Shown: positions 51,904-64,000, numbered from the stretch's first letter. The stretch: 64,000 nucleotides of DNA from Antedon mediterranea (GCF_964355755.1 NC_092674.1:10912001-10976000); one strand, 5' to 3'. Notes: generated by a model from the sequence alone, not told the origin. Numbers and translations: made by a program.

Positions 51904-53304
51904 ATTACCTGGGCACAAGCTGCAAGCATAGGCTAAACAAAATGGAGGCAGTATACGATTGACCATTGTTGACCTTCACTATTTTACCATCTTGATCATT
52001 TGAACACCTGAGTACATTACATTTTGGGTAATGTTAACGTTATACATAATCGCTCACAAACTTGCGGTTATTATACAAATTTAAATTTTATTTTAAATAA
52101 ATGGTTATTCTATGTTAGGCCTATGTCTACATTTAATGATAACATAACTATGTATCATCATGGATTTATAGATATAGTTATATAAATCAACAAGGGAATA
52201 CAAGTTGATCTAGCAATGCACAGCCTTTTAATATACTCCGTTAATACAATTCTAAGCATGATCACTCCAGGGAAGTAACAATGGCCTGGACCTAGACGTA
52301 AGGACGTCAGGAAGCTTTTACGATGCTAAAAAATAAAATAATAAAGAGGCCTAGGGTACTTTTAATCTAAATATAATATAGTTTTTTGTACACGCAATGC
52401 AATTGTTTGATAGATTCAATCAAAGATACAATAGAATTTTTTCTATACATTTTGATGTATATTAAATAACACCATTCAAAAAATGACATCCATAATCGAC
52501 AATAGAAATTTTATTTAAAAGATTTTTTTTTACGGTTGAACAGGTTAAAATGAACAAATAATTCATCTACACATGGGCTGCAAGCTTATTGATCGAATAA
52601 ATGAAATTATCATGTGAAACCATCTTCAAGAATTACCATACTGAGCACAAGATAACAGAGATAGCTTGATATCACAAAGTAATGACAATAACCAGTACCA
52701 TCCAAAGGGTATATTTTGTCCTAGTTGACATGCCATACTTAAAAGGAATGAGTGACAGGACATTTACAAAATATATTTGGTTCTCTGAGGATGCTTTTTC
52801 ACTTAGGATACAACTATTTATTATGGATATAACTTTTAATATTGGATATCATATTATGCACAAATAACATGTGTTGCTGTCAAAAAACCAAAAGGTCCAG
52901 TAATCAACTTTAAGTACGAAATTATAATACATTCTAAGCAATGAAATATATGCCGTGGTACGCTAAGAACACGCTATCATGATACAAATAGGATTCAATA
53001 TTTTTTTTAAATGTTATTCCCAATTATTTATATTTAAAATATTAAATTTTATCCTGATGACATGTACTTCCTGGCCAGGGGCTCGCAATAGCAGTGACTA
53101 CTTCAAACTCATTAAAAAAAAAAATTGATCATCATTACTGCAGTAAAGAATGTAGTTACTGCAGATGATTTTGACATGGTCAGTCCAAATAAACTCATGA
53201 ATAAACGTAAAAAGTCCCAGTCTAGCTATTGGAATTACTGAATGTGAACAGAACGCTTATTTGCATGATAAATGCAAATTATTTTTTTCCAACAAAGAAA
53301 AGAT

Positions 53305-53597
53305 AGGATTACCAATGTTAGTAAATTAATTAATCACTATCCTATCAGATAGGTGGTAATCCCACTGACAAAGGGGCTATTTTGTAAACCAGTTCATCCT
53401 ACTTGTCTCAAATGATGAACTGGCTTCATTAAAGTGCACACGGGTAAACTGTATAAACTGGACATACGATTTATAATCATTATTATCCGAGAAACTGGTT
53501 CCACCAGAACTAGGAGCGAGTCGGCTTTGATTCCATGCCGATATTGTTGGCTCTTTTGGTACGGTAAACAGCATCTTAAACCACTTGGCCATTTGAC
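53305..53597 (-). mobile_element. Diverged copy of the 34744-35100 SINE
   Basis: Reverse complement shares CCGACTCGCTCCTAGTTCTGGTGG and GGATTACCACCTATCTGATAGGA. Confidence 0.8.
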
Positions 53598-55877
53598 AAT
53601 AGACTCATTTGTAAGTTTATACAAATGTTGGTTGGGGCTTGGTTATGGAGGAGGCTGTTATAACACAGTACAGTACTTCTTCGTTTCTTGAATACAAAAC
53701 ATTTTAAATTTCAAATATACAGTTGCATTTTTTTTATATGATACAATGCTAAAATGTTTTTTCATTTCCCTGATCTGACACATGTCTGTCCTTCCTATTA
53801 GCAGAAGTAGTATAATCATCTGGAGAAATTTCAGATAATCGCTACTTTAAGATTTCTCAAATCTGACATTCTTACAACATTTATTATTGCTATTATAAGC
53901 CATACTAGTGTCATACTTTGGTGATGGGACAAAGTTTGAATTTATCTTTCTATAATACACACAAATATTGGTATATTCTTGCTAATTGGTTGGTTAATTT
54001 TTCATCATTGGTTAGTTTGATCTATTCAACTACTGTAAAATGCTCTATTCAATGGTGCAATTCACTGTTTAGGTTGTTGTCAACATTATTGGGATTTTAG
54101 TGCTATATGATATGATAAAGTATGTGTAAAGTGTAATAATGCATTATAACATTAACAATGAGAACCTTGTTAAATTTAAAGGGGAGAAGAGGAAGGCCAC
54201 ATGGATGTCTTCTACCCCTGTATTGTGGTCGTTTAAGGCAGCATAGGTTTTTATAGAAATATGTTGGTCATTATTACCAACACCTAGAGAATAGCAAGTT
54301 GAAGTACCATTTTCCGGAAGAACCATCTTCCATAAGTTGATACAATACAGGCAATGTGAAACATGTAGGGCACATTCAACCAGACATCCCAGAATGTCAT
54401 TTCAAGATATCATGGCAATCTATTAATAACCAGAGAGATGACAGAACAGATGCTGATGCACATTATATTTTCAATTTCAAAATAGACATCTGTTTTCAAC
54501 TTGTTCTATTCTTTCTATCATCGAGTGAAAAATGAAACATAATATTCATAATACTAAAATGTCATGTTTATAGCGCGTGCTATATCATGCTATTTATAGA
54601 AACAAGGAGGAATGAAACTTCAATTCTATTACTATTAGTATGTTATTTTTCAAATTCAAATAATTTATGAATCATCGGAACTGTTAATCATGATTGGTCA
54701 ACTTAATTCCAAGTTAGAACCAAGCTTTAGAGATAACATTAGAATAAAGAAATGTATTTTTGAATGTTATATATTATCAGGGAAGTGTTACTTTACACTC
54801 TTCTCTGCTAATGCTAAAACTACAGTAGTGTATCTTCAATTTATTGAACATTAAGATCTATAAAACATCATACATTACACTTAAAACATTATGAAAACAT
54901 TTATGTCATTTGGGATGTAATGTACAGTAATAATAAAATTGGATCGATTTGATTCATTTAAATGACTAAATCTCTTTTATGCCTTTTATATAAGTGATTT
55001 ATTGTTAGCAAATAAATGTGCCTTTACAATTTATTAAAAGGAAAAAAATGCAAATATATAATGCGAATAATGCTAATGTAACACAATCACTCTCTGGGGA
55101 CAGAATATTAAAGTTCAGTTAAAATCAGTTATATAAAGTTGTAAATTATTCAAGGCTGACAAAACATTGTCAACACAATTTAAATTTATGGTTAATAAGA
55201 TGATGGTCCTATCAGAATTCACCTCGGTATTATCTATCAACATGTTGCTATGGCAACTAGTATACCTCCCACACTATAATAATTTATGTTTGTATTGCGA
55301 TTACAAAGCGCGACGTTTTCAAATATAATTCTAATTTGCTCGGTAAACATACGATTCTCTCATGTTGAATTCACACCGCTATTCTAAAAATAGATAATAC
55401 ATAATCAGATACATAAGATATATAATTGATGGAGGTGACAGCCATTACAATGTGTTATCAATTTGATATATATTCAGCCGTTAGATCTGCAAGACTATCT
55501 GTGTGTGATAAGTATTGCTATAATACAAACATCTAGCATTTAAAATTCTATCATATTTAAATTTGCTAAAAATGCACATTTTTTTAAAAATAGCAACAAA
55601 ATTCCATCAATTTATTTATACTAGCTATCCCATAAGTGCTTAATGGCAACGCTGCATCAACACCTCTAATAGTATTTTATTAAAATGTCAATTGATCTTC
55701 ATTTATTCATGTTTATATTAAGTTTTGTGCTTTTAAAAGGCTTTACAATATAAATAATGTAATTTAAATTCCATGAGATATATGAACTAATCAATTTAAA
55801 AGAAAACCTGGATACACTGTATGAGACTGGTTTATACAGAAATGTACACTTACGTACGGTCGAAACCTTTCCTTTGA

Positions 55878-56650
55878 GACACCTCTATTAATGGGACACC
55901 TCTATTAATGGGACACCTCTATTAATGGGACACCTCTATTAAGGGGACACCTCTATTAAGGGGACATCTGTATTAAGAGGAAATCTGTATTAAGGGACAC
56001 CTCTATTAAGGAGACACCTCTATTAAGGAGACACCTCTATTAAGGGGACACCTCTATTAAGAGGAAATCTCTATTAAGAGGACACCTCTATTAAGGGGAC
56101 ACCTCTATTAAGAAAACACCTCTATTAAGGGGACACCTCTATTAAAAAGACACCTCTATTATTATTAAGGGGTCACCTCTATTAAGAGGAAATCTCTATA
56201 AAGATGTATTTTCCCCCTGAAAAAATAATTCTTAAAAAAATTTTTGTTGAATATTCCATTTTAATGTAACATAATAGTTATCCACTTTGACCAAAAATTT
56301 GATCGAAGAAAAATGTATTTACCTGACAAAAAATGTAATTTAAAGGAAAAATGGTCAAATTGGCTGCCAGCCAATGGATTTTCGGTTGAATTTAACCATT
56401 TATTTTGTCATATTATAAGTATAATAATAAGTTTTTTTTTCTATGGAAGTGATTAACTTTATTAAAACTACAAAATAACATATTCAAATTCTGATTTAAT
56501 TAATCTTCATTTTTCATGTTTTTGGGGGACAATACATCTTTAAGAGGACCCTCTATTAAGGGGACACCTCTATTAATAAAACACCTCTATTAAGGGGACA
56601 CCTCTATTAAGAAGACACCTCTATTAATATTAAGGGGACACCTCCATTAA
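55878..56650. repeat. 17-bp tandem array (GGGGACACCTCTATTAA) interrupted by a Kolobok MITE
   Basis: Units start at 55878, 55895, 55912 and onward; the array resumes after 56543. Confidence 0.92.
56202..56539. mobile_element. Kolobok-type MITE, 338 bp
   Basis: AGATGTATTTTCCCCC / GGGGGACAATACATCT|TTAA; same termini as 40908-41159. Confidence 0.85.
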
Positions 56651-57012
56651 ATAGGGTCTAAAAATAGGGTCTAAACATAGGGTCAAGAGTGATAATATAA
56701 TTTAAATATTATTAAACTTTTGTGTCATAAATGTTTATTACGGTACTAAAATCTGTTATGATTTATAGTAGGATTTTTATTTTTTTGCTTTAGTTAATTG
56801 TTGGTAAGATACAATATACTGTACCATATGAAAGATTACTGTTCAAATATTTCAGTCTTAAAATTAAATTTCAAGAGATTTATTCAAGAGAGACATATTA
56901 CATTATCAGTACCGACCTTCAACATTGTCTAAATGTAATATTATTAAGTATTTGACGCAGGCAGAAAGCTGACGGAAAAACTCAAGACTAAGCGCAATGG
57001 GCTGACAAGCAC

Positions 57013-57160
57013 ATGATCTAAGAGCCTAGAGCAGCGAGAGCCTGCAGCAGTGAGCTACACTGAATGCAGCCCTCATAAGTAAATGATCTGAGAGCCTAGA
57101 GCAGCAAGAGCCTGCAGCAGTGAGCCACACTGAATGCAGCCCTCATAAGTAAATGATCTG
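57013..57160. repeat. Tandem duplication, 70 bp x 2
   Basis: ATGATCT.AGAGCCTAGAGCAGC starts at 57013 and 57083. Confidence 0.9.
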
Positions 57161-58859
57161 AAAGGCCTAAAGCATTTAAACATTCTATCACTTCTAAAAC
57201 GATAAAAAAATACACTAGAAAACTCGTAACCTACATTTCATGTTAAAGTAAAAACTATAATCATTAACAGTGATCTATAAATACAGCTATTAAACTTTAA
57301 TGTAATACTTTCTGCAAGACTTGAAACATTCATAGCCAATCAATACGCTGCTTTACATTTATGGTAGATGCAAATCTATAAATAGATTTTTTCAAGCAGA
57401 GAATTTTTTAGCAGGAGATACTTAACTTACAATCTAACATCTAACTAAATGTTAACACTGCCATGACCAACCTTTAAAATAGTAATATAACTAAAAGATA
57501 AAATTTATTAGTAAAAGATATTTTAAAAACTAGGCAAAGGTTACTTTCAAATTGTGCAATTAAAAGTGATATTTGACTTCATAAAATTTATTGACATTGA
57601 ATTATACATTATAGCCAGACATGTGTGTATTTACCATGCTTTGTACATGAGCCGGCCCGAAAATCTGTCAAAATGAGATAAATGCTGCCCCAACCAGCAT
57701 ATAATTAAATTAAAAGTTTAATAGTTTACATAGCATGCTTCGTTGTGTTTACATAGTTTGGAAAGTCTGTGTATTTTCAATTTTGTATTATACTATTACA
57801 AGCTTTTTTTTTTTTCAAACTATTCACAAAATTGTAAAATTAACATTAAATTAGATTTTATAAGACTTTATTAAAAGTCGATTGAAATTAAAGTTATTAT
57901 TTTTGGCAATATCGCCTTGTAAACAACTGACCCTCACCACAAACCACTCTACACCACACTCTGATACATCATTTCACTTTCCTCTGACAGAGTAACTATG
58001 ACTCACAACAACTATGAAACATCCAAATTTGTGTGAAGCACTTTCTATCTACCCCTCCCTACTTTCTGTATATAATTTATTAGTACATTTTAAACAACTT
58101 GTAAAAATGTAAAGATATATTACCTAAATTGTAGAGGCAATAAATCAAATATATTTTTAGATTAATTCTTCACAGGTCAAGAACCACACACAGTAAAACA
58201 TTTTTGTATTAATGATTTAGCTTGTATTAAATCATAAAAACAAAATTTGACCACTTAAATTATACCATTACTAGGTTTGAAAAATGCTTGATACCTAGCC
58301 ATTTGACCTCAGCTAAGGTCACCTTACCTGACCTTATTTTCCTGTTACTATATTTAGAACACTGAAATTATCTGCAGGCTAGATATGCAAGACGCATTGT
58401 AGATTCCTAAGCAATGGCCACGCTCTCAACCTAATTGATACATGCACAGGCATAACATGTAACGAGGATGAGACAGAATTTAAACAAGATGATAAATGTT
58501 TGCATGTAATAATATCTTCAAATAAGAATTTATTAATATCTATAAAAAAAATATTAAGTTTCATGAGACCATTACATTCAATATACAAGCAAGAAATGAA
58601 TGCATATAAAATCACATACGAATGAAATATGAATTTTAATATAAAGTCGTAGTTTTAAAACAGCCATCCAGAATTGGTCAGGATTATAAAATATCAATAT
58701 CAATATCAAATCAAAGACTTGAAAGACTGTACGAGCTAAGTTTCAAATCACAACTATACAGTATGTTACTAAAAACAGGAGAACCCCTCATTTTTGGACT
58801 ATATATTATCACACCCTTTCCACTGTTAATATCAAACCCCTACAATATCACCACTCCCG

Positions 58860-59162
58860 CCTTATCATATTGTCCATTGCAATACACTGACACACCAACA
58901 CAATATGATATACTATTCAATGTCTGAGTTGAATAGTTTAAACTGGATAAATGGAATAAATAAGTTATAAATTTATTTTTCCAAAGTTTAAAAAACATAT
59001 GTAAAATAGCCTTATCATATTGTCCATTGCAATACACTGAAACACCAACACAATATGATATACTATACCATGTCTGAGTTGAATAGTTTAAACTGGATAT
59101 TAATGGAATAAATAAGTTATAAATTTATTTTTCCAAAGTTTAAAAAACATATGTAAAATAGC
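58860..59162. repeat. Tandem duplication, 150 bp x 2
   Basis: CCTTATCATATTGTCCATTGC starts at 58860 and 59010. Confidence 0.92.
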
Positions 59163-59479
59163 ATAGCATCATCAATATGGCTTGTTAAACAATTTAAACA
59201 ATATTCTAGAAAAAAAATTAATAATAAATTGCATTAGTTTCAGCTGACTAAGCACAACTACACATGAACAAACAATAGTCTTATTCACCTGGAAGAGTAA
59301 CTTGGACAATCTATAGGCACAAATATACCCAAGCACTTAAATACTTTTTCTATCTATTAAAGTATAAAATCCATTAATATTTCTGTACCTAAATTTGCAT
59401 AATATTAACAGTTATGAGACTTTCAATTGATAAAAGCGCTTTACAGAAAATGATCCCAATCAATGGATAACAATACTCT

Positions 59480-59787
59480 TTGAAAAATAATTTTTTTTTT
59501 TTTAATTGAATATGCCATTTCAATGTCACATAATATGTATTTACTTCAACCAAAAATTGGATTTAAAAAAATTATTTGCCTGAAAAAATTGGAATTTAAA
59601 GAAAAAAATTGTCAAATTGGCTGCAAGCCAATGGATTTTTGGTTAAATTTAACCATATATTATCAAATTTTATATATATATATTTTTTGTGTTCGTTTTT
59701 TTTCTTCGGAAGTGATTAACTTTATTAAAACTATAAAATAATAATAATTAATATTCATTTATAATGTTTTTGGGGGACAATACATCT
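59480..59787. mobile_element. Kolobok-type MITE copy with degraded left end
   Basis: Body homologous to 56202-56539 (GTCAAATTGGCTGC.AGCCAATGGATTTT), ends GGGGGACAATACATCT|TTAA; a short end fragment is also at 461-490. Confidence 0.8.
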
Positions 59788-59836
59788 TTAACTTTTGCAC
59801 TGATTTGTTCCACAAGCAAGGACCAAATTGAGAGAA

Positions 59837-60740
59837 GACATCCATTCCAATGTACAATCTTCTACAGTACTGTATGTGACATCCATTCCAATGTACAATC
59901 TTCTACAGTACTGTATGTGACATCCATTCCAATGTACAATCTTCTACAGTACTGTATGTGACATCCATTCCAATGTACAATCTTCTACAGTACTGTATGT
60001 GACATGCATTCCAATGTACAATCTTCTACAGTACTGTATGTGACATCCATTCCAATGTACAATCTTCTACAGTACTGTATGTGACATGCATTCCAATGTA
60101 CAATCTTCTACAGTACTGTATGTGACATCCATTCCAATGTACAATCTTCTACAGTACTGTATGTGACATGCATTCCAATGTACAATCTTCTACAGTACTG
60201 TATGTGACATCCATTCCAATGTACAATCTTCTACAGTACTGTATGTGACATGCATTCCAATGTACAATCTTCTACAGTACTGTATGTGACATCCATTCCA
60301 ATGTACAATCTTCTACAGTACTGTATGTGACATCCATTCCAATGTACAATCTTCTACAGTACTGTATGTGACATGCATTCCAATGTACAATCTTCTACAG
60401 TACTGTATGTGACATCCATTCCAATGTACAATCTTCTACAGTACTGTATGTGACATCCATTCCAATGTACAATCTTCTACAGTACTGTATGTGACATGCA
60501 TTCCAATGTACAATCTTCTACAGTACTGTATGTGAGATCCATTCCAATGTACAATCTTCTACAGTACTGTATGTGACATCCATTCCAATGTACAATCTTC
60601 TACAGTACTGTATGTGACATCCATTCCAATGTACAATCTTCTACAGTACTGTATGTGACATCCATTCCAATGTACAATCTTCTACAGTACTGTATGCGAC
60701 ATGCATTCCAATGTACAATCTTCTACAGTACTGTATGTGA
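59837..60740. repeat. Minisatellite, 41 bp x 22
   Basis: Unit GACATCCATTCCAATGTACAATCTTCTACAGTACTGTATGT. Confidence 0.98.
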
Positions 60741-61544
60741 GATCGCTGCCTGATCAAAGACCGCTCCTTTTACAACTATAAACCTTAATCAAATATAATA
60801 TAGCACGATACTCGTTATAGTATAATACCTAAAGATTTAAGTAAACTTTATTGTCAAATTATAGTAATCTGAAATTTGTTTTACTCATGGCAACAGTAAA
60901 ATTTACATAAAATACAGATAAATATTGAATGTATTAATTACAACTGGTTTGTTAATGTGACCAAATTATAATGTAAGGTAAAGTTTATAGCAATGTAGAT
61001 AATTAATTTGATATTATTACTAAAACTGAAACTAAGGTGACTGACCGGTTGATACATTTTAATAGATCCTATGACTGTAACACATTATGTACACAGCTAT
61101 AATAAGGACTTATTAGATTATGTGAACGTGCACACGACGGTCTTGTCCACATGGGTCATAGTCGACTGTTACTCGTCGACAGTAAGTGGACATTTACGTT
61201 GACGTGCCAGAAAACATGTAATGTAATGACCGTGGGACGTACTTGTAATCTCCATAGTAGTACTCGTCCATGGCCCAGCCCGGTGAAAGTACACAGGCTT
61301 AGGTCAGGCTGTAGCTTGGGCCTAGCCTAGATCCTTAATTTTCAGACCCAGGCCATACCTGTATTATTAAAAGTTTTATTGATGATGAATATGAAATTAA
61401 AAAAAAAAACACAAAAAATGAATAACAAGTTAGAAATAACTTGTTGAGGCTGGGCGCGGCCGAGCCTAGGACTTGTAGATATAACAATATATTATTACAA
61501 TATATTGATAACAATTTTAAAAAAACATTGTTTTGATGAAATAT

Positions 61545-61653
61545 AAAGTGCGTCTTATACATCGACGATATAAAAAATACCGATATTTTACTCTCAGTTA
61601 GGGGGTGCGTCTACTCTTATACACAGGTGCGACTTATACATCGAAATATACGG
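61545..61653. mobile_element. One end of a Tc1/mariner-type MITE
   Basis: GTGCGACTTATACATCGAAATATACGG|TA with subterminal GTGCGTCTTATAC repeats; matching end not found. Confidence 0.5.
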
Positions 61654-62983
61654 TAGGTACTGTTAAATAACTACAGTAGAAGAAGTTAAGAACTAGTTTA
61701 CAGTAGAAGAAACAGGGCCTTAAAGATTATTTAATTTTACTCATAACTCCCTATCGGACTGATAAGCCTTTCACATAACAATCTCGTTGCCTGACAATAA
61801 ATAATATTGGGAAACTTCCAAAACTACCCTATCCTATTGATAATGTTATTATGAAACTACTTAACACAGTTAAATCCCATAACATAGAGAAAAAACAAAG
61901 GCTTTGATATCTGATGAAATCAAATCTTAATCTCAGTTGATTCAAATTGTCTATGAATATTTTGCTTTTTTTTATTTCAAGCATCTACTGTATAAAGAGG
62001 GTAACCCTTCCAGTTTTACCAGGTAGGTTAACAATTATCCAGGGGCCCTATTGATTAATAAATTAAGAATACATTCAACAAATTACAATATCACATAGAG
62101 TACAATATAAACAATAACAACCCTGGCATAGTCTTAAGGGTATAAAAAAATTGAATAATTACATTTTAATTTTAATAAAGAACTTTTGTTTAAAATTCAA
62201 ATAACAAATGCATTATTTATGGCAATACATTAATGTATCCTTTTTACTTCTTATGCGCATAATATTCAATAATACAAATGCAAATCATATATTAAGTACG
62301 ATAGTTCTATAAATAGAATACTATTGGAATTACTTATACAAAAATGAAATAACTACTACAGTATGTAGTCACTGTTTTATGTTGAATAATGTATAGCAGG
62401 ATTCGTATATGGAATAGAATATTTGTAATGAAATTTGGCTACAAAATTCAAGCATTTGAAAATGACATCCAATTTTTACATTGTTGATATTTTTTAGTAT
62501 ATCTCGCTCTTCGAGGAGAAATATGGCATTTATCGGTTTATCCAGGTAAGCTAGGCACGTAATAGACTACGAATTACAGATATTTTTGATAGTGTAAAGT
62601 GTATACTACTTAATTTCAAATTTAAATACAACTTTAAGTACAGAAGAATAAAAGAACCCTTATTTAAGGGACACCCTTATTTAAGGGACACCACTATTTA
62701 AAGTGCTAGTGCCACACTTTCGACAAATACGACATTTACTATTATCAGTATCAAGAATAATATATGTAGATACTGTGTTAAATTGAGTTTCAATAATAAA
62801 GTGTTATATATATGAAAAAAAAAGCAATATGTGTGTCGTTATTTGGTCACGAAATGTTACCTTTCGACATTTGTATGTGACGTCACAGCCAGAACACCGA
62901 CGATCGCGAGGAGGAACTAACCTGCATCTTGCGCCTTATAACACACCCCGCGGCGATCACAACAAGCTTACTGAATATTTGTT

Positions 62984-63192
62984 ATGGATTCCGAAAGCGA
63001 TTTAGAAAGTGTTTCATCAGATAGACCAAGTAGTAGTAGTTCATCATCAAGTGATGAGGAAAATGGTACTGGCCTTATAATACCATATAATTTCGAACCA
63101 CGTTTTGAGGAACATGAATTACAAGACATTGATGAAGAAGCCCAAGGTGAAGATGTTGACATGATGGCTGCACGCCTGGATAATTTAGAATG
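62984..63192 (+). CDS. KolX / P2X7-ballast-like protein exon 1 (acidic N-terminus, PYNFEP motif)
   Basis: MDSESD...IIPYNFEP...RLDNLEW; donor TG|GTAGGT, phase 2. Confidence 0.85.
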
Positions 63193-63619
63193 GTAGGTGT
63201 TCCCCCGTTGTGGTTGTTGTAGTGAAGCGTCTGCTTGATTGGGCTAGGCCTAATTAATCAATCGAAGCTAGAGCTACCTCAGTGTTTCTAAATTCTAAAT
63301 ATACAATCGGTTTTTTTTTCAAATTTTGTGAGATGCCATACGTTAATATAAAGTCCCCATCGTAATTTGTTTGATGATTATTATTAGATGGGTCGGATTT
63401 GGGACGGTGGTTTAATAATAATAGGCTACTCCTTGCTTGGCTTGGGTTTGGTTATAATAATAGATGGACTAGGCCTAAAGTATTAATATTAATATTCTGG
63501 TCATAGTTCAAATGGGCATTTGAATTTCACTTGATTGAGTGACTGCTGATATGATCAACTAATTATAATCATAATAATTAATTTTATAATGACTAAATAC
63601 ATGTTTTCATCTTGTTCAG

Positions 63620-64000
63620 GTGTTCCTGTGAACATTGCCAAATCATGGGCTCAGGGGAAGAGTGCATCTGCTGCAAGGAGTGCGAAAACACAAGTGCTAA
63701 ACTTGAAGACAATGTCAATCTGTTCAACAATGATGCTCCATTCTCCTGCATCACAAATCATCCAGGTTTCAAGTCTGTTGCTCTTGACCCTTGGGTGCTG
63801 GAAGTAGCATGGCTTTCGTATAAGCAACACTATGATAAGAAAGTTATCTATAACGGACCAAAAAACAAAAAGTACCGTCACATATCGTACAGACAGTATG
63901 CCCGATGGATACATGGATATGTCGGAAAAAATATCCGTATAGTGCTTCCGTCTTGTGTTGTCTCTTGCATAAGAGCACATTTCCCACCACCTGGAGATGA
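63620..64000 (+). CDS. KolX / P2X7-ballast-like protein exon 2 (Cys-rich zinc-cluster domain, partial)
   Basis: Acceptor cttgttcag|G restores W; reads WCSCEHC...ECICCKE...CITNHPGF...YRHISYRQYARWIHG...LPSCVVSCIRAHFP without stops, matching the P2X7 tail pattern WCQCGSC/CC/CIT/RHCAYR/LPSCC/IRKEFP. Confidence 0.9.

Larger units (their letters stand above)
62702..64000 (+). mobile_element. Left end of a Kolobok-like DNA transposon (continues past the window)
   Basis: TTAA at 62698-62701 followed by purine-purine terminus AGTGCTAGTGCCAC, interrupting a 17-bp GGGACACC-family repeat; a KolX-like gene starts about 280 bp inside. The other end is not visible. Confidence 0.7.

Noticed and set aside
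30545-60740. Tandem arrays (27, 20, 35, 40, 41 bp) as CRISPR arrays
   Set aside because: Units are contiguous with no unique spacers, there are no cas genes, and the context is a spliced eukaryotic locus.
63589-63980. ORFs 63589..63807 (+) and 63651..63980 (-)
   Set aside because: Alternative-frame and antisense shadows of the KolX-like exon 2.

Overview
AT-rich, intron-rich invertebrate animal genomic DNA; no prokaryotic features or CRISPR arrays. The minus strand carries two host genes in tandem. The first is the 3' part of an adenylate cyclase type 9 orthologue (ADCY9-like; three exons at 33023-32863, 29233-29120 and 23543-21804, with the large C1-encoding exon beyond the right edge, so 33024-64000 is apparently one intron of at least 31 kb). 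The second, about 7 kb downstream, is the promoter and first 12 coding exons of a CBP/p300 orthologue (14766 to <1; N-terminal region, TAZ1, KIX, SUMO-motif region). This is the same order and orientation as human ADCY9-CREBBP. The introns hold many non-autonomous DNA transposons (pogo/Tc1-like, piggyBac, Kolobok, Harbinger-like, a foldback element), tRNA-derived Nin/Deu-type SINEs and several minisatellites, including a 2.3 kb 27-bp array with higher-order structure abutting an ADCY9 exon. At the right edge a Kolobok-like transposon begins, with an intact spliced gene for a P2X7-ballast-like Cys-rich (KolX) protein that the ORF track shows only in part. Exon boundaries were read by eye from GT-AG sites and frame continuity; family assignments and human comparisons come from recalled motifs, not database searches.
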